Shown: one piece after another, positions 48,599-64,000 of the stretch | Position numbering within the stretch: the stretch's first letter is position 1 | How the letters are laid out: each line of letters starts with the position of its first letter | Assembly (NCBI RefSeq): GCF_009914755.1 | Contig: NC_060948.1 | Strand: one strand, 5' to 3' | DNA: 64,000 nt | Source of the DNA: the human T2T-CHM13v2.0 reference genome, Homo sapiens | Program-made: the position numbers and the translations under genes | The notes under the pieces: generated by a model | What the model was told of the DNA's origin: nothing | Database searches by the model: none | The model's input: the letters and a program-made list of their open reading frames with translations, nothing else

Positions 48599-49896
48599 TG
48601 TCATGAGATTTTGGGAGAGTCACCTTGCCAGTTGAAAACCTCTGCGGCCAGTGGTGCCTTTGCCTGCGTTTTCTCAGGCCTGCTAAGCTAGCTTTACCCA
48701 CTCTGCCTGACAGGCTGCACTCAGCTTGCATTATGGGCCAGGATTTAACACCTGCCAAGGGCAAACGTGAGGTAGAGTGGCAATGGTGTTTGAGCAAGTG
48801 TGGGGTCCAGCCGCTATAGACAGCCAGGCCTACCAGCTGTTGCAAAGCAAGAAATTTTAGGTACCAACAGAAGTACCATCTCACTGAGATGCAGCAGCTG
48901 GACCAGGCATACTGCAAGCAGCTTCCACAGCTGATACTGGGGAATGTAGTGGTGCCCAGAAGTTTCAGGATGCCAGAAACAGCAAAGCCCTAAAGAGGGT
49001 GTCACAGCCCTGGTTTTGAGATAGCCTAGCTGTCCTCTTACTTTTGTCTTTCACAACGTGATGAGCAAGAGACATTTTTTTCCCTGTTTGTGTTACAGTT
49101 CTTTCAGCACCACCATTCAGTGATTCTCAAATAATAGTTCTTTATCCAGGAAGAATGAGGTAGATGGACACGTGGAGAGTGAGACATTTATAGACAAGAT
49201 TTACTGAGGGACAGAACTCAAAAGAGATCCTGATTGGGTAGGTCTTCTCCACAGGCTGGATGTTCTGATGAGTGTCCAGCTCTCAGTGGAGAGACGGCTT
49301 TAGAGTGGGCAGCTTATCTTTACAGGCAAGTTGTCAAGGCTTAGTGTCCAGCTCTCAGCAGGAAAGAAACCCTGGACTTGGTAGCTTCTCCATCCAGCTG
49401 GTCATATTGTGAGATGTTAAGCTCTCCACAGAGTGAAGACCCTGGAGTGGGTAGGTCTACTTCACACCTGGTGGTTCCAAGATTGGCTAAGCCTTCAGCA
49501 AAAAGAAGACCCTCGACTGGGTAGCTCCTCACTCTAGCTGGTCATCCCATTATCTCCCCAGCTTTCAGCAGATACTGTGGTGGGTAGCTCCAGCCCACTG
49601 CTGATAGTCCTGACATCTCCTAAGCTTGCAGGAGAGAGATGGCCCTTGGGTAGGTAGCTCCTCTCCACAGCTGGTAGTTTGAATAGTCCTCAAATGTGGC
49701 TGAGTCCAGGAATATTATTTGCTTCAAAGGAAAGAAAGTGCTTGCTGATTGGATTATTTGGCAACCATGCGTGCGTTTTAGAAAAAAGCAAAAGTGGTTC
49801 CCATTCTTGTCCATCAGCCTAGAACCTAGACTTCAGGCTGTAACTGGCTTGAAGGTGGAGCCTCAGTGGGGACCAGCAAATTTATCGCCAAGAGCC
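48599..49896 (-). mobile_element. MER52-family LTR
   Basis: Starts tgtcatgagattttgggagagtcaccttgccagttgaaaacctctgcggcc (reverse of the MER52 end); ~50-60 bp gggtagctcct..cagctggtc repeat units at 49230-49680. Confidence 0.8.
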
Positions 49897-52800
49897 TGTG
49901 ATGGCTAACACTGAGTATCAATTTAACTGGATTGAGAGATACAGAGTATTAGTTTGGCATGTGTCTGTGTAAGTGTTGCCTAAAAGAGATTAACACTAGG
50001 GGCAGTGGGCTGGAGAAGGTAGTTCCACCCTTAATCTGGTGGGCACAATTGCCCTGTAATTGCTCTTCTCTGGAAACCACAGTCATGCAACGACAAAATT
50101 TAAATATGTTGAGAATAGTTGGATCCCGATGTGACAGGGGTCAAGTGGCACCACTCAAACATCAAAGGTGTGGGTACAGCGAAGGGATAGTGGCAGTCAA
50201 ATATTATGACTCCTGTAGAGCCTTGCCATTGGTTAATTAGTCACGGTGTTCGTGCAAGTGAAATTGATGGAAAGCTTACTGCATTCATACTTATGTTATA
50301 CATACAGAAATCGTTGCGTCAAAAGGACAAATCACTATTCGGAATGATGAAAACAGAGAAGTACGGCCCCTCCATCAATTACCAGGCTAGAGACAGTTTA
50401 AAGACCGAGAATCCATCGAATGAAGAGGAGGCTGGGTTCCCTTGACCAAGAAACCCACAACACAACTGACTATTTATGCAGTGAATCTTTACACAATCTT
50501 TCCCCAAGAAGACCTCCAGGCTTTACCAAAGTAATTGTGTACTAGGGAAAGGGAAATAGTCAGACTTTGGAGAAACTACTGGCCACTAGCTCTGTGCTGA
50601 TGTGGGTTCCAGGGGACCCAAAATGTTACTGTGGTCCTGCAGTTAAAGTAGGAGCTCAGGGAGGTCAGGTAATTAATAGTGCTTTAGCTTATTAGGTCAG
50701 ATTTACAGAGTGCCCAGTGAGTCCCTGGAGTCATCCTGTGGTCATTTTCCCAGTGCTAAATTGCATAACTGGCATAGATATACTTAGCAGCTGGCAGAAT
50801 CCCACATTTCCATGACCTCCAAGGTGAGGGCTACAACAATAGAAAAGGTTAAATGGAAGCCACAAGAGCTGCCCCTACCTAGAAAAATAGTAAATAAGAA
50901 ATGATATCAAAACCCTGAGAAGATTGTGAAGATGGGTGCCACCATCAAAAATTTCAAAGATGCTGGATTGGTAATTACCAGCACATTCTAATTCAACTCT
51001 CCCATTTGGCCTGTGCAAAAGACAGGTGGACCTTGGATAATCACATTGGAGTATTGCAACTTAATACAGTTGTGAATCAACATGCAGCTGATATTCTAGA
51101 TATGGTTTATTTTTTGAGCAAATTAATACATCTCCTGTCACATGGTATACAGCCATTCACTTGGCCAGTGCCCTTTTCTTTATTCCTTTCCATAAGGACC
51201 ACCAGAGGCAATTTGCCCTCAGCTGGCAAGGCCAGCAATACACATTTATTAACCTTGTTCAGGTGTATATTAACTTTCTGGCTTCCTGTCATAATCTTAC
51301 TCAGAGAGACCTTGATTGCTCTTCACTTCTGTAAAGTATCACAATGATTTCATCCATCTCATTGATGAAATTAGGCTGATTTGATGAGTGAGCAAGAAGT
51401 AGCAAGCACATTTGAATTATTGGTGAGACATTTATGTACCAGAAGATGTGAAATAAATGTGACTAAAATTCAGAGACCTTCTACCTCCGTAATGTTCCTA
51501 GAGGTCCAGTCTTGGGAAGCCTGTCAAAATATCCTTTCCAGGGAGAAGAACAAGTTGTTGTGTGAGGCCCCTCTTATAACCAAGAAAGAGGCACAATACT
51601 TACTAGGCCTAGTTGGATTTTTGAAGCAGTACCTTTTTTATTTGAATATGTCCCACTGGCCCACTTATTAGTGACCCAAAGGGCTGCCAGCTTTCAGGGG
51701 CATCCAAAACAGGAAAAGACTCTGCAACTACTTCAGGCTGTGTTGCAAACCCCTCTACTCTTTGGGCCATATGAACCAGGAGATTCAATGATGCTTGAAG
51801 TTTCAGTGGCAGATAGGAATGTTGTTTGGAGCTAAATAACTGTGGCAGCAGTGTCCTGCTCATTAAATCTACTTGTCTTACCATGTTTCCCATTATCCTG
51901 AAGGAGCTGGATAAATAGAATGGTTAAGTGGCTTTTTGAAGTTACAATTACAATGCCAACGATGTGACAATACTTTGCAGTGCTCCCACAGGTGAATCAG
52001 ACCATACATCTCTAGGATTTTGAAGCAAGGCCCTGCCATTTTCTGCAGATAACTAGTATTCTTTGGAGAGACAGCTCTTGGCCCATTGCTGGGCTTTGGT
52101 GAAACATTTCAATGTTGGTCATCAAGTCACCATGTGAACTACACTGCCTATCATGAACTTGGTGCTTTCTGACCCATCGAGTCTTAAAGTGGGTTGTGCA
52201 CAGCAGGATTTCATCATGAAATGGATGTGGTATACATGTGGCCAGGCTTAAGCAGGTCCTAAGGCACAACTAAGTTACCTGAGAAAGTGGTTCAAATGCT
52301 CACGATCTCCACTGCAGCCACCCCATCTTCACTCCTTCAGCCTATGTCGATACCCAAATGGCCAGATTTCTGACTATATACTGATTCATGGTCCATAGCT
52401 AATGGTTTGTCTGGGTGTCAGGCACTTGGTAGATGCATGATTAGAATATTGGTGAGAAAGATATTTGAGGAAGACGTATGTGGACGGACCTTTGTGAGTG
52501 GTCAAAAGCTGTCAAAATATTTGTATTCCATGTGAGTTCTAACCAACGAGCAGCCTTAGTAGATAAAGAGTTTAATAATCAAGTGGATAAAAACACTGGT
52601 TCCAGGGACACCACTCTGCCTCTTTCCCCAGCCACCCCTGTCATTGCCCGATGAGTCCATGAACAAAGCGGCCATGGTGGCAGAAATTGAGGTTACACAT
52701 GTGCTCAGCAACATGGACTTCCACTCACAAAGCCTGACCTGGCTATGGCCACTGCTGAGTGCCCAATTTGCCAGTACCAGAGGCCAAAACTGAGCCCTCA

Positions 52801-54226
52801 GTATGGCCCAGTTTCTTGGGGTGATCAGCCAGCTACCTGGTGACAGATTAATTATACTGGAACTCTTTCATCAAGGAAATGGCAGAGGTTTGTCCTCACT
52901 GGAATAGCCACTTACTGTGGATATGGGTTTCCCCATTCTTCATGCAATGCTTCTGATAAGACTACCATTCATGAACTCACAAAATGCCATATTCACCATT
53001 ATGGTGTTCCACACAACATTTCCTCTGACCAGTGCACTAACTTTACAGCTAAAGAAATGTGGCAGTGGGCTCCTGCTCATTAAAACGCTGGTCTTACCAT
53101 GTTTCTCATTATCTTGAAGCAACTAAATTAATAGGATTGTGAAGTGGCCTTTTGAAGTTACAATTGCAATGCCAACTATGTGACAATACTTTGTAGGGCT
53201 GTGGCAAAGTTCTCCAGAAGACCATATGTTCTCTGAATCAGCATCCAATATATGGTATTGTTACTTCTGTAGCCAAAATTCGCTGGTCCAGGAATCAAGC
53301 GATGGAAGTAGAAATTTCACCACTCACTATCACTCCTGTGCTTCACTAGCAACATTTTTGTTTCCTGTTTCTTATGATATTATGTTCTGCTGGCCTAGAG
53401 GTCTTAGCTCCCCAAGGAAAAGCGCTGCCACCAGATGAAACAAAACTGATTCCATTAAACTGGAAGTCAAGATTGCCACCTGGACACTTGGGCCTCCTCC
53501 TACCTTTACGTCAGCATTGTAAAAAGGCAGTTACAGTGTTGACTGAGGTGATTGACCTGAACTATCAAGATGAAATCAGCCTACTCCTCCACAATGGAGG
53601 GAAGAAAGAGTGTGGCATAAAATACAGAAGATGCATTAAGATGTGTTCCAGAATTACCATGACGTGCAACCAAGGTCAGTGGAAAACTACAACAGCCCAA
53701 TTCTGACAGGGCTACAGTTGGATCAGACCCTTCAGGTATTAAGGTTTGGGTCACTCACCAGGGTAACAACAACAAAAGGAACAACAACAACAAAACAATA
53801 AAAACCGCAACCTGCTGAGGTGCTTGAGGAAGATAAAAGGAAGGCAGAATGGGTGTTAGAAGAAGTTAGTCATCCATATCCGCTATAAACAAGTGACCAG
53901 CTGCAGAAATGAGGACGTTAATTGTTTTAAGTATTTCGTCCTTCTTTTGTTAAAAAAAAAAAAGTTTGTGCATGTATACACATGTACTAAGAAAATTTTT
54001 TTTATTTTCCTTTATCATGCTACATAAGATTTATTGAGTTCTTATCAACATTTGTGTATTGTAAACTTTATGAAATAGTGTTTGGATTGGAGATTGCTGC
54101 ATTCCTGGTTGTAAGAGGATAATTGTATTATGTTAGGTGTAATTATTACCTCATTTCTGTCTGCATTTGAAGATTATGTATTATAGCAGGAGATGTGATT
54201 TGATTCGAGTTAACAAGGGGTGGACT
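49897..54226 (+). mobile_element. HERV-L provirus: start of MLT2 5' LTR (49897-~50049) fused by deletion to late gag, then pro, pol and dUTPase
   Basis: TGTGATGGCTAACACTGAGTATC LTR start; ORF 51381 SEQEVASTFELLVRHL..KIQRPSTSVMFLEVQ (RT); ORF 53374 AGLEVLAPQGKALPPDETKLIPLNWKSRLPPGHLGLLLP (dUTPase). Confidence 0.9.
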
Positions 54227-54660
54227 TGTGATGCTTAATACTGAGTGTCTCATTCATTGGATCGAAGGATAGAGAGTATTAATCGTGGATGAGTTTCTTG
54301 GGTGGTTCACCCCCAAAAATTAACATTTGAGTCAATGGGAAGATCTACATTAATCTGATGGGCACAATCTCATGAGCTTCTAGCGAATATCAAGCAGACA
54401 GAAACATGTCAAAAAGCGAGATGGGACTAGCTTCGAAAGCATACATCTTTCTTCTATACTGGATACTTTTTCTCTCAGACAGTGGGCTCCAAGTTCTTCT
54501 AGGTTTGGGACTCAGACTTGCTCTCCTTGTTCCTCAGCTTGCAGGCAGCCTATTGTGATCATGTACGTAAGTACTTATAACCTCCCATAAATATTTATAT
54601 ATACATATACACAGGCACACACACACACTCACACATATACATGCATATATAAAAATATAT
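54227..54660 (+). mobile_element. MLT2A-type 3' LTR ending in a (TA/CA) tract
   Basis: PPT-like aaggggtggac, then TGTGATGCTTAATACTGAGTGTC; ctcagcttgcaggcagcctattgtg; the normal LTR terminus is not seen. Confidence 0.85.
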
Positions 54661-54707
54661 AAAGGGATGGAAAACTAAACAGTCTGTAAGTATTTTCAAA
54701 AAGTATT

Positions 54708-60913
<6,206 letters not shown>

Positions 60914-63900
60914 TTTAATCCATCTTGAATTAATTTTTGTATAAGGTGTAAGGAAGGGATCCAGTTTCAGCTTTCTACATACAGCTAGCCAGTTTTCCCA
61001 GCACCATTTATTAAATAAGGAATCATTTCCCCATTTCTTGTTTTTGTCAGGTTTATCAAAGATCAGATGGTTGTAGATATGCGGCATTATTTCTGAGGGC
61101 TCTGTTCTGTTCCATTGGTCTATATCTCTGTTTTGGTACCAATTCCATGCTGTTTTGCTTACTGTAGCCTTGTAGTATAATTTGAAGTCTGGTAGCGTAA
61201 TGCCTACAGTTTTGTTCTTTTGACTTAGGATTGTCTTGGCAACGTGGGCTCCTTTTGCTTCCATATGAACTTCAAAGTAGATTTTCCGAATTCTGTGAAG
61301 AAAGTCATTGGTAGCTTGATGGGGATGGCCTTGAATCTACAAATTACCTTAGGCAGTGTGGCCATTTTCACGATATTGATTTTTCCTACCCATGGGCATG
61401 GAATGTTCTTCCATTTGCTTCTATCCTCTTTTAATTCATTGAGAAGTGGTTTGCAGTTCTCCTAGAAGATGTCTTTCACGTCCCTTGTAAGTTGGATTCC
61501 TAGGTATTTTATTCTCTTTGAAGCAATTGTGAATGGGAGTTCACTCATGATTTTGCTCTCTGTTTGTCTGTTGGTGGTGTTTAAGAATGCTTGTGATTTT
61601 TGCACATTGATTTTGTATCCTGAGACTTTGCTGAAGTTGCCTATCAGCTTAAAGAGATTTTAGGCTGAGATGATGGGGTTTTCTAGATATACAATCCTAC
61701 CATCTGCAAACAGGGACAATTGGACTTCCTCTTTTTCTAATTGAATACACTTTGTTTACTTCTCCTGCTTGATTGCCCTGGTCAGAACTTCCAACACTAT
61801 GTTGAATAGGAATGGTGAGAGAGGGCATCCCTGTCTTGTGCCAGTTTTCAAAGGGAATGCTTCCAGTTTCTGCTCATTCAGTATAACAGTGGCTGTGGGT
61901 TTATCATAGATAGCTCTTATTATTTTGAGATACGTCCCATCAAGACCTAATTTACTGAGACTATTTAGCATGAAAGAATGTTGAATTTTGTCAAAGGACT
62001 TTTCTTCACCTGTTGAGATAATCATGTGGTTTTTGTCATTGCTTCTGTTTATATGCTGGATTACATTTATCAATTTGCATATGTTGAACCAGCCTTGCAT
62101 CCCAGGGTTAAAGCCCACTTGATCATGGTGGATAAGCTTTTCGATGTGCTGCTGGATTCAGTTTCCCAGTATTTTAGTGAGGATTTTTTCATCAATCTTC
62201 ATCAGAGATATTGGTCTAAAATTATCTTTTTTTGTTGTTGTGTCTCTACCAGTTTTCAGTATCAGGATGATGCTGGCCTCATAAAGTGAGTTAGGGAGGA
62301 TTCCTTCTTTTTCTCTTGATTGGAAAAGTTTCAGAAGGAATGGTACCAGCTCCTCCTTGTAGGTCTGGTAGAATTCGGCTGTGAATCCTTCTGGTCCTGG
62401 ACTTTGTTTGGTTGGAAAGCTATTAATTATTTCCTCAATCTCAGAGCCTGTTATTGGTCTATTAAGAGATTCAAGTTTTTCCTGGTTTAGACTTGGGAGG
62501 TTGTATGTGTTGAGGAATTTATCCATTTCTTCTAGATTTTCAAGTTTATTTGTGTAGAGGTGGTTATGGTATTCACTGATGGTAGTCTGTATTTCTGTGG
62601 GATCTGTGGTGATATCCCCTTTATCATTTTTTATTGTGTCTATTTGATTCTGCTCTCTTTTCTTCTGTATTTGTCTTGCTAATGGTCTATGAATTTTGGT
62701 GATGTTTTCAAAAAACCAGCTCCTGGATTCATTGATTTTCAGATGGGTTTTTTGTGTCTCTATCGCCTTCAGTTCTGCTCTGATCTTAGTTATTTCTTGC
62801 CTTCTGCTAGCTTTTGAATGTGTTTGCTCTTGCTTCTCTAGTTCTTTTAATTGTGATGTTAGGGTGTCAATTTTATATCTTTCCTGCTTTCTATCATGGG
62901 CATTTAGTGCTATAAATTTCCCTCTAAACACGGCTTTGAATGCATCCCAGAGATTCTGGTATGTTGTGTCTTTGTTCTCAAAGACACATCCTTGAGATGC
63001 TGTTTGTTGGTTTCAAAGAACATCTTTATTTCTGGCTTCACTTCGTTATGTACACAGTAGTCATTCAGGAACAGACGGTTCAGTTTCCATGTAATTGAGC
63101 AGTTTTGAGTGAATTTTCTAATCCTGAGTTTTAGTTCGATTGGACTGTGGTCTGAGAGAGAGTTTTTTTATAATTTCTGTTCCTTTACATTTGCTGAGGA
63201 GTCCTTTACTTCCAACTATGTGGTCAATTTTGGAATAGGTGTGGTGTGGTGCTGTAAAGAATGCATATTCTGTTGATGTGGGGTGGAGAGTTCTGTATAT
63301 GTCTATTATGTCGGCTTGGTGCAGAGCTGAGTTCAATCTTGGATATCCTTGTTAACTTTCTGTCTCATTGATCTGTCTAATTTTGACGGTGGGGTGTTAA
63401 ATTATCCCATTATTATTGTGTGGGAGTCTAAGTCTCTTTGTATGTCTCTAAGGACTTGCTTTATAAATCTGGGTGCTCGTTTACTGGGTGCATATATATT
63501 TAGGATAGTTAGCTCTTCTTGTTGAATTGATCACTTTACCATTATGTAATGGCCTTCTTTGTCTCTTTTGATCTTTGTTGGTTAAAAGTCTGTTTTACCA
63601 GAGTCTTGGCTTGCAACCCGTGCCTATTTTTGTTTTCCATTTGCTTGGTAGATCTTCCTCCATCCCTTTATTTTGAGCCTATGTGTGTCTCCGTACGTGA
63701 GATGGGTTTCCTGAATAGAGCACACTGATGGGTCTTTACTCTTTATCCAATTTGCCAGTCTTTGTCTTTTCATTGGAGCATTTAGCCCATTTACATTTAA
63801 GGCTAATATTGTTATGTGTGAATTTGGTCTTGTCATTAAGATGTTAGCTGGTTATTTTACTCACTAGTTGATGCAGTTTCTTCCTAGCCTCAATGGTCTT

Positions 63901-64000
63901 CACAATTTGGCATGTTATTGCAGTGGTTGCTACTGGTTGTTCCTTTCCATGTTTAGTGCTTCCTTCAGGAGCTCTTGTAGGGCAGGCCTGGTGATGACAA
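60914..64000 (-). mobile_element. Second L1PA (ORF1 end and most of ORF2), same orientation, runs off the window
   Basis: ORFs 63624..63836 (MTRPNSHITILALNVNGLNAP), 62158..62931, 61756..62118, 60908..61264; stops at ...INSRWIK where the next L1's 5' end begins. Confidence 0.96.

Noticed and set aside
49230-49680. Regularly spaced ~50-60 bp repeats resembling a CRISPR-like array
   Set aside because: Degenerate internal tandem units of the MER52 LTR, also seen at 16.3-16.6 kb; eukaryotic context, no unique spacers, no cas genes.

Overview
Repeat-dense primate genomic DNA, most likely human (it carries an AluYa5 with all five diagnostic changes) and most likely the Y-chromosome ampliconic region. 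I see no intact protein-coding gene. Nearly all listed ORFs are retroelement fragments, antisense frames or microsatellite artefacts. Non-repeat content: (i) a frameshifted, Alu-interrupted, intronless CDY-family (chromodomain + enoyl-CoA hydratase-fold) pseudogene at ~18.5-20.5 kb (-); (ii) two convergent, unprocessed USP9Y-derived pseudogene fragments, with five recognisable exons on + (34.2-42.9 kb) and two on - (44.7-46.8 kb). The main hidden structure is an old, strongly diverged inverted segmental duplication (~26.5-36.8 kb vs ~44.7-54.4 kb). Its arms share, in mirror order, HERV-L, MER52, MER20, an L1 3' end, an Alu with the same internal deletion, and two USP9Y exons. Other elements: a truncated HERV-K(HML-6)/LTR3 provirus, several L1PA copies (two near full length, both lacking TSDs), THE1, old L1M and many Alus. 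I found no credible novel coding system; the interesting signals concern genome architecture. Repeat family names come from recall of consensus sequences, not from a database search.
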